Positions 20,008-30,740 of a stretch of DNA of 64,000 nucleotides are shown one piece after another. The notes below the pieces were generated by a model. It saw only the letters and a list, made by a program, of their open reading frames with translations, searched no databases and was not told where the DNA came from. A program made the translations under genes and the position numbers. The DNA lies in contig CAZALK010000019.1 in the NCBI GenBank assembly GCA_964486045.1, positions 28,976-92,975 of the forward strand. The letters are read 5' to 3'. Positions within the stretch are counted from its first letter, which is position 1; each line of letters opens with the position of its first letter. The DNA comes from an uncultured archaeon. Lineage in GTDB: Archaea > Asgardarchaeota > Lokiarchaeia > Sigyniarchaeales > SOKP01.

Positions 20008-21690
20008 ATGAATACAAACTGTAAATTTGTTTTTGTAACAGGTGGAGTAATGTCTGGGATTGGAAAGGGTGTTGCCACTGCTAGCATTGGGAAAGTTCTT
20101 CAATTCCGTGGATTTAAAATTTCAGTTGTTAAAATTGATCCATATTTAAATGTAGATCCCGGAACTTTAAACCCAATAGAACATGGAGAATGTTTTATCA
20201 CGGAAGAAATATGGGAATTTAAACCCGTATTTGAATCTGATGAAAGAACATATAGAATTTCTGAAATTGATCAAGATTTTGGCACATATTCTAGGATATT
20301 AGGTATCGAGATGCACCCCTCTCATAATATAACCTCAGGGCAAATATATCTTTCAACAATTCTTCGTGAAAGGAAAGGCAGATTTTTAGGAAAAACTGTT
20401 CAAATAATACCCCATGTTACCAATATTATTAAGGAAAGGTTGATGGAGATTGCTGAAAATGAAGAATTAGATGTGTTATTAATTGAATGCGGGGGAACCG
20501 TGGGTGATTTAGAATCAAGCATCTTTTTAGAGGCATTCAGGCAAATTAAATTAGAATCCCCTAAACATACTGCTTTCATTCATGTTACCCTTGTACCTTA
20601 TTCGCGAGCAGTTGGACAGCAAAAATCTAAACCTACTCAACATTCAGTAAAATTACTTCAAAGTATTGGATTACAACCTGATATAATTATAGGTCGAAGT
20701 GAAAAACCTTTAGATCCAGAAATCAAACGGAAAATATCATTATACTCAAATGTTCCAGATAACGCAGTAATCTCAAATCCTGACCTAAAAATTATCTATG
20801 AATTACCATTATTTTTTGAAGAACAAGGATTGGGAGATCAGATTTGCGAGCTTATTGATCTAAAAGCAAAACTCGTATCTTATAATGAGGTTACTAATTA
20901 CTCTGAATGGGTTAAAATGGTTGATTTATTCAAAAATGCTAAACAGACTGTAAAAATAGCCATGCCTGGTAAGTATTTTAACATTTCTGATTCCTATATT
21001 TCCATTAATGTTGCATTAGAAGATGCAGCAGCCCATCATGGGTATAAAACTGAATTGAAAATGATTAATATTGATGAAACAACAAATGTTGGGGATGAAG
21101 TAGCTGATTGTGATGGGATTCTACTCACTCCCGGATTTGGGGAAAGAGCTGTAGAGGGTATGATTTCCTCTGCAGAATATGCTATGGAAAATAAGGTTCC
21201 ATTTCTGGGTATATGCTTCGGAGCTCAATTATTTTTTGTTGGATTCTGTAGAAAATATCTCGGACTCAAAGGTGCCAATTCAGTAGAAATCAATCCAAAC
21301 ACACCATTTCCAGTAATAGATCTCTTGGAAAACCAAAAAAGCATAGTTGAGAAAGGAGGTACAATGAGATTAGGCGCAAATAAGATTATTATAGAAGAAG
21401 ATACAAAATTATTTGAAGCATATAAACAAAAAGAAATTCTAGAAAGATTTAGGCACCGGTTCCACATTCAAGAACGATTCATCACTGAAGAGGCAAGAAA
21501 TAAGGGTTTGACTATTTCAAGTCGAGATGAAACGGGTGAAATTATTAACAGTATAGAATTAAAGAGGAAGGATCATTGGATGGTCGGCACTCAATTTCAC
21601 CCAGAATTTAAGTCAAGACCATATAAGCCTTCCCCAGTATACTTCGACTTCATCAAAGAGTGTATTAATTATAAGAACTCTAAAAAGTAA
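20008..21690 (+). CDS. pyrG: CTP synthase
   Basis: GGVMSGIGKG, KIDPYLNVDPGT, GGTVGDLES, KSKPTQHSV, GICFG, QFHPEF. Confidence 0.98.
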   Translation: MNTNCKFVFVTGGVMSGIGKGVATASIGKVLQFRGFKISVVKIDPYLNVDPGTLNPIEHGECFITEEIWEFKPVFESDERTYRISEIDQDFGTYSRILGIEMHPSHNITSGQIYLSTILRERKGRFLGKTVQIIPHVTNIIKERLMEIAENEELDVLLIECGGTVGDLESSIFLEAFRQIKLESPKHTAFIHVTLVPYSRAVGQQKSKPTQHSVKLLQSIGLQPDIIIGRSEKPLDPEIKRKISLYSNVPDNAVISNPDLKIIYELPLFFEEQGLGDQICELIDLKAKLVSYNEVTNYSEWVKMVDLFKNAKQTVKIAMPGKYFNISDSYISINVALEDAAAHHGYKTELKMINIDETTNVGDEVADCDGILLTPGFGERAVEGMISSAEYAMENKVPFLGICFGAQLFFVGFCRKYLGLKGANSVEINPNTPFPVIDLLENQKSIVEKGGTMRLGANKIIIEEDTKLFEAYKQKEILERFRHRFHIQERFITEEARNKGLTISSRDETGEIINSIELKRKDHWMVGTQFHPEFKSRPYKPSPVYFDFIKECINYKNSKK

Positions 21691-21703
21691 GGATAAAAAT
21701 TGA

Positions 21704-24589
21704 TTAAATTTCTTCAAATATGGTAACTTCTGACATCTTCATCAGCAAGTTAATATGACCTGTGAATTCATCATCCGAGCATAGAATTATTAATTCTTTC
21801 TTGATAATTTCTGCACTATCGTTTTTTTCTCTAAACTCAAAAGGTGAAAGTATCCCAGAAGAACTCTTCTCTTGTAATTGTTTAATAATTTTATCAATTT
21901 CTTGATTAAATTCTGTTAAATTTCCTAAATTATCAGCTAAAGCTGATGGAAGACTTGAATGTATTTTTTTTAGAGAGTTTGAAAAAGTTAGAAGTTTCTT
22001 AGAAAATTGGAGTCTTGTTTCTAAAAGATCATAAATTTTTTCTGATTCGTTAAGAAGTCTAAACATCGTTTCATAAAACTTAAGATCGTTTTTATCTCTA
22101 GTAAGAAATTTGGTAAGGTTCACAACCTTCTGAGAGGCATCAAAATCTTCAAAATTTTCATATTCTTTAATCTTCTTTTCAGTTTCTTTAATATCAAGAT
22201 GAACTTGTTCTAATTTTTGGTTGCTCAGATATCTGTCTAATTTCATTATTTTCCTCTGATATTCCTGTTCATTAAGAATGAGACTAGTGATTTCAAAAAC
22301 TTCTGGTAAAGGAGTATATAAATACTTCATTATTGATTTGTATATCGAATGTTCAGTATTTGCAATTTTATTTTCAAAAAACTCAATCGTATCCATGTTT
22401 TGGCTCAATTCTACCAAGAATTTAAAGAATTTTCTCAAGCTGAGCATATTTTTTTGGGCATCAAATGCTATTGAATACATCTCTTCAAAGTATTTTTTAT
22501 AAAATCTCACTGCTAACTCAAGTTTTTGCAGAAAACCGTTTACAAGAGGTATAATTTCTCCTGAAAGACTAGACTTCTTATATTCTTTTCCTATATCTTT
22601 TAAGCGTTCTTCTTCACGATACGTAATTATTTTAATAATTAACTCTGGAAAATCCTTAGTGACTATATCATAGGTTTTAATAAAGTAACCTTTTTTGCTT
22701 AGTACAGGAACTATCGTATTTATTGTCATTGTTCGTTGCTGGATAGCTTTTAGATCTTCTTCAAGGATTTTGTTAATATGATCGTCAATATTTTGCTTTT
22801 TCTCTTTATTAGCAATTTGTCTATCTTTCAGTAATTGCGTAAGTCTTATTGATCTAATTTGAGCATTTCTTCCCCCAAACATTTCAATAAAAATTGACCC
22901 CAGAATTCTAAATGCTAAAGCTCCTGTTAAGGAACGATCCTTCTCCTCCTCAATCAAAATTTGATTTGTCAGCATATTCAATAATCGAAACGTAAATGAT
23001 TTCTCCTTCTCTCTAGGAAATTCTGAGAGCCGTTCTCTATATTGTTCATGAATCTGGTCTTCAGGGAACTTATTTTTCCACAAAAAGTCTAAAATTCGAT
23101 CCCCTTCTGGATTCGGGAGAATTTCTAAAAATCTTGGAATGATTTCGGCAATCGCTTTAGCCCAACTAAAATGTTCTTTTGACAATGGAATTTCTTCATG
23201 GTAATCAGCCAATAAATCATGAATTAATCCCCCTTTATCAAACACTTTAGGTCCATCATATTTACCAAGAGTATGAACAAGGATCTCATCAAAATTTGGA
23301 TCTGAAGACAATGGCATTCTTATCTTGATCTTCTCTAAGAAGGCTTTATAAAGATCAAACAAACTCCTAACTTTATGATTAGATCTATTAATTATGAATT
23401 GGTTTATCTCAGCATTATTTAGATCGTTTAATTCTACTAACGAATTGGAAAATATAATAGCCCCATTAAACACTAACTCCACTGCTTCTGGTTCATGGTA
23501 TGAAGCAGATTCTGAAAATTTAAATAGAAATTTTGCTAAATCAGAGCCTAGATATTCTCTATGTTGTTCGGGCATTTGATTTATAGATTCTAACAGTTCT
23601 TCATTTAACATTTCAATCATATCTTGCCCAACTATCATAGCATATTTTTTCTCTGCCCGTTTTAGGAAAGCTTCAACATCCGAAAATTGAACACGTTTTT
23701 CTTCTTCTCCTAACAAATGAGTTAATATATCTTCTAAGCTATCACTAGATTCTAGTAGATTATTCTCTTTAACAGCCTCTAGGAACGCTTTAAATAAATC
23801 CAATAATGTAAATAATTTATTATTACTTCTTTTTATTATCTCTTGATTTATCTGATCCGATGTTTTTCCATTAGAATTAGCGATAGATTTGGTGAACACC
23901 ACCACATGATTTAACATTCTACTTAACGTTTCCGGTACTAAATTTTCTATACTCTGCGAGAACTTGAATAAATATTTTGAAATTTCAGAACTAAAATAAT
24001 CCCGTAATTTTTCATCAACCTCAGAAAGAGCTTTAATAATATGTACTGAATAATAATGTGATTTTTCCTCCCCTATTTTAAGAGTAAAATTTTTCTCTGC
24101 TCTTTTTATAAATAACTCTATATCATTAAACTGAGTTACCTCTGTTTTACTACCAAATAAAGTTGAGAGAATCTCTTCGAAACTTGCTTGATTCTTCATA
24201 ATTTCGCTATTCATAGCTTTTTCAACGAATACACGCATTAAATCTAAGAGATTTCGCGTCTTGTTATCACTTCTCTTAACCAAAAGCTGATTTACTTGGT
24301 TTCTATCCTTATTGAGTAAACCCTTAAGCGATTTGGCAAATATTAAAACATGGTTAAGTACACTCTCAATAATTTCAGGAGATAAGTTTTCAAGGTCTCG
24401 AGATAAATTAAACAGATATTTCGGGATTTCTGAGCCAACTGTTCGTCGAAACTTTGCAGGAATTTCATTTGTAGCCTTCTTTATTTCCCCGAACATTAAA
24501 TTTGTTGTTTCTTCTCCAATTCTATCTTTAAATGGTTTTTCCGCTCTTTTCAAAAAAACTTCCATCTTTAAAACACACTCACAGTTCAA
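21704..24589 (-). CDS. Large helical protein with three 148-aa N-terminal repeats and a coiled-coil C-terminus
   Basis: E.F.KRAEK at residues 10, 158 and 306; true start probably ATG at 24565. Confidence 0.85.
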   Translation of the reverse strand: MNCECVLKMEVFLKRAEKPFKDRIGEETTNLMFGEIKKATNEIPAKFRRTVGSEIPKYLFNLSRDLENLSPEIIESVLNHVLIFAKSLKGLLNKDRNQVNQLLVKRSDNKTRNLLDLMRVFVEKAMNSEIMKNQASFEEILSTLFGSKTEVTQFNDIELFIKRAEKNFTLKIGEEKSHYYSVHIIKALSEVDEKLRDYFSSEISKYLFKFSQSIENLVPETLSRMLNHVVVFTKSIANSNGKTSDQINQEIIKRSNNKLFTLLDLFKAFLEAVKENNLLESSDSLEDILTHLLGEEEKRVQFSDVEAFLKRAEKKYAMIVGQDMIEMLNEELLESINQMPEQHREYLGSDLAKFLFKFSESASYHEPEAVELVFNGAIIFSNSLVELNDLNNAEINQFIINRSNHKVRSLFDLYKAFLEKIKIRMPLSSDPNFDEILVHTLGKYDGPKVFDKGGLIHDLLADYHEEIPLSKEHFSWAKAIAEIIPRFLEILPNPEGDRILDFLWKNKFPEDQIHEQYRERLSEFPREKEKSFTFRLLNMLTNQILIEEEKDRSLTGALAFRILGSIFIEMFGGRNAQIRSIRLTQLLKDRQIANKEKKQNIDDHINKILEEDLKAIQQRTMTINTIVPVLSKKGYFIKTYDIVTKDFPELIIKIITYREEERLKDIGKEYKKSSLSGEIIPLVNGFLQKLELAVRFYKKYFEEMYSIAFDAQKNMLSLRKFFKFLVELSQNMDTIEFFENKIANTEHSIYKSIMKYLYTPLPEVFEITSLILNEQEYQRKIMKLDRYLSNQKLEQVHLDIKETEKKIKEYENFEDFDASQKVVNLTKFLTRDKNDLKFYETMFRLLNESEKIYDLLETRLQFSKKLLTFSNSLKKIHSSLPSALADNLGNLTEFNQEIDKIIKQLQEKSSSGILSPFEFREKNDSAEIIKKELIILCSDDEFTGHINLLMKMSEVTIFEEI

Positions 24590-24847
24590 AAAATTAGTGA
24601 AAATTATCTTTATGTAATTGTTCTACACTTAAACCTAATCAGATATATAAATAACCTACATCATAAATTTAAATTTATGTTTCTCGGCATTTATCCCACT
24701 TGAATAGACAACTTATATTCATATTCAGATAAAATTACTTTTAAAATTCTGATTTTTAATCAAAAATTTTAAAAAAAGTGGGTAAATTAAAAATAGGAAA
24801 AAACAAATGGAAAAAAAGTATTTAATCAGAAGAAGTGTACATTCAAA

Positions 24848-26605
24848 TTAGTTATCTAAAGTGGTTACATCTGATTCTCCATGTCCCAATGCAATTTCTG
24901 CCTGCATTGAAATGGGAGGATTTACACACCAAATAAAATGACCATCTTCAATCTTTATCTTATGAGGTGTTTTACGCATACACTCATTGGTTCTTGCTTC
25001 TGATATACACCGAGGATTAAAGGTACACCCAGGAGGAGGTGCTATAGGGCTTGGAACTTCTCCCTTAATTACAAACCGTATTTCTTTATTACTAGGGTCG
25101 AGTTCGGTTCTAGATTCTAAAAGAGCTATTGTATAAGGGTGTGTAGGTCTAGAGAAAATTTGATCAGTTTCTCCAATTTCAACAAATTTGCCAAGATACA
25201 TAACGGCAACTCTATCAGCAATATGATTGACAACAGCTAAGTTGTGAGTTATAAACATAAAACCATACCCGTAAGTCTTCTGCAAATCTTTTAGTAAGTT
25301 AAGAATCTGAGCTTGAACAGATACATCTAAAGCAGAGGTAGGCTCATCTAGTATAATTAACTCAGGATTACTTGCTAGAGCTCTCGCAATAATTATTCTT
25401 TGTTTTTGACCACCAGAAAACTCATGAGGGTAACGATCCATGTGCTCTCGTTTTAATGATACCTCATCTAGCAATTTTAAGACACGTCTTCTTATTTCAT
25501 ATCCTTTGGTAATACCTAATAAATTTTTCAATGGTTCTGCTAATATATTAACAATTTTCATTCGAGGATTCAGAGAAGCATCAGGATCTTGATAAACAAT
25601 CTGTATTTTTCGCCTTAGAAATTTTGGATAATCGTCAGGGATGGTTTCATTATTAAATATAATTTCCCCCACTTCTTTTGGTATTAATCCTAAGATTGCA
25701 AGGGCAACCGTAGTTTTTCCGCAGCCACTTTCACCTACTAATCCTACTGTTTCCCCAGTTTTGATGTCAAAACTGATTCCATCAACAGCTTTAACAGAAC
25801 CAAATGATCTTTTGAGCATTCCTCCAATGAGAGGGTAATATACCTTTAAATTATTTACTTCTAATAATATTTTACCATGTTCAAGAATAGTAAGATCTCT
25901 AATATCTTCAAAAGATAATCTACTTTGAAAGATCAGTTTTAAAATAATACTTGCAATTATTGGAACCGGAATGCCAAAAAGTAAATTCAATGCAAAACTA
26001 CCAACAAATAACCTTCCTTGGTTAGCAAAAAGAAAATTTGCGAAAATAATACCAGGAATAACAGATAAAAAAATAATAATATTTCTTTCTTTTACAAACT
26101 GTATCTTATCTCCCCAATTCACATTAAAAACAGTAATACCAATCATAATGATAACAAGAAAGTAGAACATCATGCCAGAAGTCATCCAACTCTGACTTTG
26201 ATTACCACCTTGTGTCATTATGAACATATTTTCAAACATTATTCTAATGACAAATCCCGTCAAATAAATTAAAGCTTGTAAAATTGCGGTAAACAATAAA
26301 GATTCTTTAATATCTTTTTTATACCACAAATGTACTACATATGACGAAATTACTACTAAAAGTGCCACTCTTAAAAGATCCAAAATTAAGTTGTTTCCAA
26401 GAGTAATCTGGATTACAACTTCAAGACTTAAATTTATTAAAGTCCAAAACGAAACTATTTTTATAGCTGTACGGGCTGAATCATCCCACTCCTTCTTTCT
26501 AGCAGATCTTCTTATTAATAAAAATCCAATGAGTAATAAAAGAACATTAATGATGATAGTAAGCGTCAATTCTCCAATTGTTAAATTACCTATAATTTGC
26601 AGCAT
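24848..26605 (-). CDS. Oligopeptide ABC transporter ATPase (OppF/DppF-like) with N-terminal polytopic membrane domain
   Basis: GESGCGKTT, FSGGQKQR, LDEPTSALD, HPYT, GCTFNPRC Cys tail; about 230 hydrophobic N-terminal residues. Confidence 0.92.
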   Translation of the reverse strand: MLQIIGNLTIGELTLTIIINVLLLLIGFLLIRRSARKKEWDDSARTAIKIVSFWTLINLSLEVVIQITLGNNLILDLLRVALLVVISSYVVHLWYKKDIKESLLFTAILQALIYLTGFVIRIMFENMFIMTQGGNQSQSWMTSGMMFYFLVIIMIGITVFNVNWGDKIQFVKERNIIIFLSVIPGIIFANFLFANQGRLFVGSFALNLLFGIPVPIIASIILKLIFQSRLSFEDIRDLTILEHGKILLEVNNLKVYYPLIGGMLKRSFGSVKAVDGISFDIKTGETVGLVGESGCGKTTVALAILGLIPKEVGEIIFNNETIPDDYPKFLRRKIQIVYQDPDASLNPRMKIVNILAEPLKNLLGITKGYEIRRRVLKLLDEVSLKREHMDRYPHEFSGGQKQRIIIARALASNPELIILDEPTSALDVSVQAQILNLLKDLQKTYGYGFMFITHNLAVVNHIADRVAVMYLGKFVEIGETDQIFSRPTHPYTIALLESRTELDPSNKEIRFVIKGEVPSPIAPPPGCTFNPRCISEARTNECMRKTPHKIKIEDGHFIWCVNPPISMQAEIALGHGESDVTTLDN

Positions 26606-26677
26606 TTTAGATCGTCTCTCTTTTTTAAAATTTGTTCAAATTTTGTTTTTATTCCACTTTTTATTAAATCTTAGTTT

Positions 26678-29600
26678 TCATTTTTCAATTATTTGGCTCT
26701 CTGCTTTTTTTATTGATATCTCAGCAAGATCTTTATACTGAGGATCATAAAGATGACAAGCTACGAAATACTCGGGTTCTATTTCTAAGCTTCTAGGAAT
26801 CTCTGAATCGCATGGTTCAAAACAGTATTGACATCGTGGATGAAATCTGCAACCTGAAGGTGGATATATCAAGTTTGGTACTGTTCCGGGTATAACATCA
26901 AGTATTTTCCTCCTTTTTCCTACAACTGGTACAGCTGCTATAAGACCTCTAGCATAAGGATGATAAGGTGTTCTGAATAATTTTTCTATATCGCCGTATT
27001 CAACTATAAACCCGCAGTACATTACAGCAACGCGATCACACATTTTTGAAATAATTCCTAAATCATGAGTAATAAACAATATTGAGGTATTATATTTTTT
27101 CTTCAAGTCTTTCATTAATTTTAAAATCTGATTTTGAATTGTGACATCTAACGCGGTAGTTGGTTCATCCGCTATCAATAATTTAGGACTGCAAGCTAGT
27201 CCCATAGCAATCTGAACACGTTGGCGCATTCCTCCACTTAACTCATGTGGATACCTATCAAATATTAACCGTGGTGTTGGTATATTTAAATCTTTAAGCA
27301 TTTTTTGACTTCGTTTTCGAGCAACACTATAAATACTTGTGTTTTTTTTCACAGCTTCCACCAATAATTCATCTTCCAAATGCAATTGATACACCTCAGA
27401 GATTTGATCACCTATTTTAAACACCGGATTTAAGGAGTTAAGTGGATCTTGAAAAATCATGGTAATTTTACTTCCACGATAACGCAGAAATTCATCATCA
27501 GATTTTTGATGTAAATCTTCCCCTTCAAAAAAAACCTGCCCACTTTTTATTTCACCTGGAGGACGAACTAGTTTAAGGATAGATAAAGCAGTTACAGATT
27601 TTCCACAACCAGTTTCTCCTACAAGACCGAGAGTTTCACCTTCCTTGATTTGAAAAGAGACACCCTCAACAGCTTTTACAATCCCCTCTTCTGTGTTAAA
27701 ATAAGTTGTAAGATTTTTAACATCTAAAATAATTTTATTTCCATTGCCCACAGAGGTTGGTAGATCAATTTCCTCAATATCTTTTAGAGCTTTTCGGAAC
27801 TTTTCCATCACTGTTTTAGATGTATCTGGTGTAAATTTTATTCTTAAGGAAACAAAAACCGAGAGAATATAAATTCCAGTGGCGACGAACATTGAGATAC
27901 GAATATCATGTATTGTGAAAAACATTATAGAGAAAATATTTTGAAAAAATCCAAATATTCCCCCTCCGACAAGATCTCCAACCTTAAGGTGTTTTAAAGC
28001 AATTGTTATCATAAGCATTATAATTTGAGTACCAATTGCAAATCTTAAAGAATCAAGAAATTTCCTTTTATAAAGTTTTAAAACCAAAACTGTCCCAATA
28101 ACTATATTAATACCAGTAATTAACAAATCACTTAGCACAGCGATCCACCCTAAAGTTAATGGTACCAGTAATGCTAAAGATATTAATAATGTCTCAAGAA
28201 CTAAAAAGAGCCTCAATGGCAGATTGATAATAAGCCACGCAAGACTAATGCGAGCCGCTTTTTTTTTTGATTTATTCCACATTTTTACCGATCCCGCATA
28301 CCATCTTACAATTCTAGAGCCTACAAAAAACAAAATGGTTGAAAGAAGTACCACATTTGTAATAAACATAATGAATGGGTCATTTAACCAAACAAAAAGA
28401 TACAAATAAATTATAAAGAATGGTCCAATCCAAATCCAAAATGTTATTATCCCACCAAGTAAAATTGAACCTCGTAGCAACATTTTCGGAACACGATTAT
28501 GGACAGAATTCATCCTATCAAATAGTAAAATAAGGAAAAAATCACCAAGAACTAAGAAAAAAGCACAAGAAACGCTAAGAAAAAGAACTTCTGCTATTAG
28601 ATTTGGTCTTAATAGTATTGAAATTGCATAAGTTAATATCATAACACCCCATAAAAGTGCCGTAAGAATAGTATTGAACTTGTTATCAAATATCCTCTTT
28701 GATACTACTATTTCTTCGTCTGATAAATTAGATTTATTAAATTTCTTGATAAAATAAATATAAAATTTAAAAGAAATACCTTCTGGAAGTCGGATTGATC
28801 CCTCTCCCCTCTTAGTATCAGGAGTGGAGTCCTGGTATTCCAAGATGCTTTCTGTTTCATTATTATTGCCTATCTGTTTTTCTAATTCTAATTGTAAAAG
28901 TTGTTGAACTCGTTTTGAACTTTTTTCACTACTTTCTGGCAAAAACTTGGTTTTAAGGAGGTTGAAAAAGAAAATTATATATAAACCTGAAACTACAAGA
29001 ATTGTTACACGAATATCTTGCTTAAAAATGACAATTCCTAACCATCTATTCAAATACAATTCAAATATAATTTGTTGAAATGACCACAAGCCAAATACGA
29101 TCAACCCACTATAATACATTGAACTTTTAATAATACTTTTTGCAACCCGTTTATCAGTTGGCAGAGATCTGTTAACTATTGTGGTAATGAAAAAGTCAAT
29201 CGCAAGTGTTGCAAACGTCCATAATATACCAAGATTAAAAACATCTGGGGTTTCCATTGGAATGTTAAGAATCGGAATTGAAAGGAAAAATGCAGCGGCA
29301 ACCCATGTAACCACCATTAAATAAAAAAAGAATTTTCTAAAATTAAGATATGCTGAATCATCCTCTCTTGAAATTCTGGAAAAACCATACTTATTTATTA
29401 ACGGTTTATGTAAAAAATAAAATACCGTCACCATCAAAGCAAAAAAAAGGAGATCCTCGTTAAAAATTCTAAATATTGGACTAAATAATCCCAATACTTC
29501 AAAAAGAACTCTAATCCCAAAAATGATACCAAAGCTAATTAAACAAGTAACCAGGGAACCCTTTTTCACAATACTTTTTGTTGTTTTCTTATCTTTATAA

Positions 29601-29704
29601 AATAGATTTAAACTAAAAAGTAGAATTATTAGTAATCCGATTAGCATGCCTCCAACTTCTATTAAAGAATATCCAAAATTTGGAACATATGTTTGAAATA
29701 TCAT
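26678..29704 (-). CDS. Oligopeptide ABC transporter ATPase (OppD/DppD-like) with very large N-terminal membrane domain
   Basis: GETGCGKS, LSGGMRQR, ADEPTTALD, GCRFHPRC; about 620 residues of multi-TM N-terminus. Confidence 0.92.
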   Translation of the reverse strand: MIFQTYVPNFGYSLIEVGGMLIGLLIILLFSLNLFYKDKKTTKSIVKKGSLVTCLISFGIIFGIRVLFEVLGLFSPIFRIFNEDLLFFALMVTVFYFLHKPLINKYGFSRISREDDSAYLNFRKFFFYLMVVTWVAAAFFLSIPILNIPMETPDVFNLGILWTFATLAIDFFITTIVNRSLPTDKRVAKSIIKSSMYYSGLIVFGLWSFQQIIFELYLNRWLGIVIFKQDIRVTILVVSGLYIIFFFNLLKTKFLPESSEKSSKRVQQLLQLELEKQIGNNNETESILEYQDSTPDTKRGEGSIRLPEGISFKFYIYFIKKFNKSNLSDEEIVVSKRIFDNKFNTILTALLWGVMILTYAISILLRPNLIAEVLFLSVSCAFFLVLGDFFLILLFDRMNSVHNRVPKMLLRGSILLGGIITFWIWIGPFFIIYLYLFVWLNDPFIMFITNVVLLSTILFFVGSRIVRWYAGSVKMWNKSKKKAARISLAWLIINLPLRLFLVLETLLISLALLVPLTLGWIAVLSDLLITGINIVIGTVLVLKLYKRKFLDSLRFAIGTQIIMLMITIALKHLKVGDLVGGGIFGFFQNIFSIMFFTIHDIRISMFVATGIYILSVFVSLRIKFTPDTSKTVMEKFRKALKDIEEIDLPTSVGNGNKIILDVKNLTTYFNTEEGIVKAVEGVSFQIKEGETLGLVGETGCGKSVTALSILKLVRPPGEIKSGQVFFEGEDLHQKSDDEFLRYRGSKITMIFQDPLNSLNPVFKIGDQISEVYQLHLEDELLVEAVKKNTSIYSVARKRSQKMLKDLNIPTPRLIFDRYPHELSGGMRQRVQIAMGLACSPKLLIADEPTTALDVTIQNQILKLMKDLKKKYNTSILFITHDLGIISKMCDRVAVMYCGFIVEYGDIEKLFRTPYHPYARGLIAAVPVVGKRRKILDVIPGTVPNLIYPPSGCRFHPRCQYCFEPCDSEIPRSLEIEPEYFVACHLYDPQYKDLAEISIKKAESQIIEK

Positions 29705-29725
29705 CCGTTTAATTTTCCCTCATAT

Positions 29726-30736
29726 CTATATATGTAATCTAGGATCTAATGCATCCCGCAAACCATCACCTATTAGCATAAAACCAATCGCAGCTATTGC
29801 GATAAAAATTCCTGGCCAGAAAAGAGCCCACGTCGCGCTAGTCACATCTCTTCCATAATTAATATCCGTTCCCCAATCTGCAACAGTCGCATCGCTTAAT
29901 CCTAAATATGCTATGCTTGCAAAACCTAAGATTGCACCTCCCATTGATCCAAAGAAACCAACAATGATCGGTGACAGCGCATTCGGTAGGATATGTTTAA
30001 ACATAACCTTAAACTTCGCCGCACCACTAGTTATTGCTGCTCTGACATAAATGTTCTGCCTTACTTGTAAAACTAAGGCTCTCACCCATCTGGCACTACT
30101 TGGTATAAAGAATATACCATAGAGAAGCAGAAGATTATATAAATCTTGCCCTACCATAGGAGAGATAATTATAATAAGAATTAATAAAGGAAACGCGAAC
30201 CAAAAATCAACAAAACGCATGATAATCGAGTCAACGACTCCACCAAAATATGCTGAAATTGTCCCAACTACTATCCCACCTGCCGTAGAAATCAAAACTG
30301 GAAGTGCTGCTGCTGTAAGTGCTGTTCTAGCACCCCAAATTAATCTACCAAGAATATCGTACGCATATTTTGTCGTGCCTAACGGGTGTTCTGGAGATGG
30401 TGGCGCGAATGGTGTTCCACCCGGAGGAGTATAAGGTCTAGATAATAGTTGTAATGAGTATGGAGTAAGCCAGGCAGAGAATACAGCCAATATAGCTAAG
30501 AACAAGATCATTGCGATTCCCGTAATTGTTAACGGTGTAAGAAGGCGTCTAAATAGTTTTCGTTTGGATTTTATTTTACCTATTTCAAATTCAGTAGAAC
30601 TGAATTCAGGTTCTCGCCAACCAGGTATTAAATAGAACTTTAAATATTTTTTAATTTTCCCTTTATTCAAAGAAGGGAAACGTTCCTCAGTTAGTGATTT
30701 TTCAATTTGAATTTGGGTCATTTGATCACATTTCAA
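29726..30736 (-). CDS. dppC: Oligopeptide ABC transporter permease (OppC/DppC)
   Basis: HPLGT..DILGRLIWGART, YVRAA..GA..KHILPN EAA-type loop. Confidence 0.92.
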   Translation of the reverse strand: MKCDQMTQIQIEKSLTEERFPSLNKGKIKKYLKFYLIPGWREPEFSSTEFEIGKIKSKRKLFRRLLTPLTITGIAMILFLAILAVFSAWLTPYSLQLLSRPYTPPGGTPFAPPSPEHPLGTTKYAYDILGRLIWGARTALTAAALPVLISTAGGIVVGTISAYFGGVVDSIIMRFVDFWFAFPLLILIIIISPMVGQDLYNLLLLYGIFFIPSSARWVRALVLQVRQNIYVRAAITSGAAKFKVMFKHILPNALSPIIVGFFGSMGGAILGFASIAYLGLSDATVADWGTDINYGRDVTSATWALFWPGIFIAIAAIGFMLIGDGLRDALDPRLHI

Positions 30737-30740
30737 TTTT

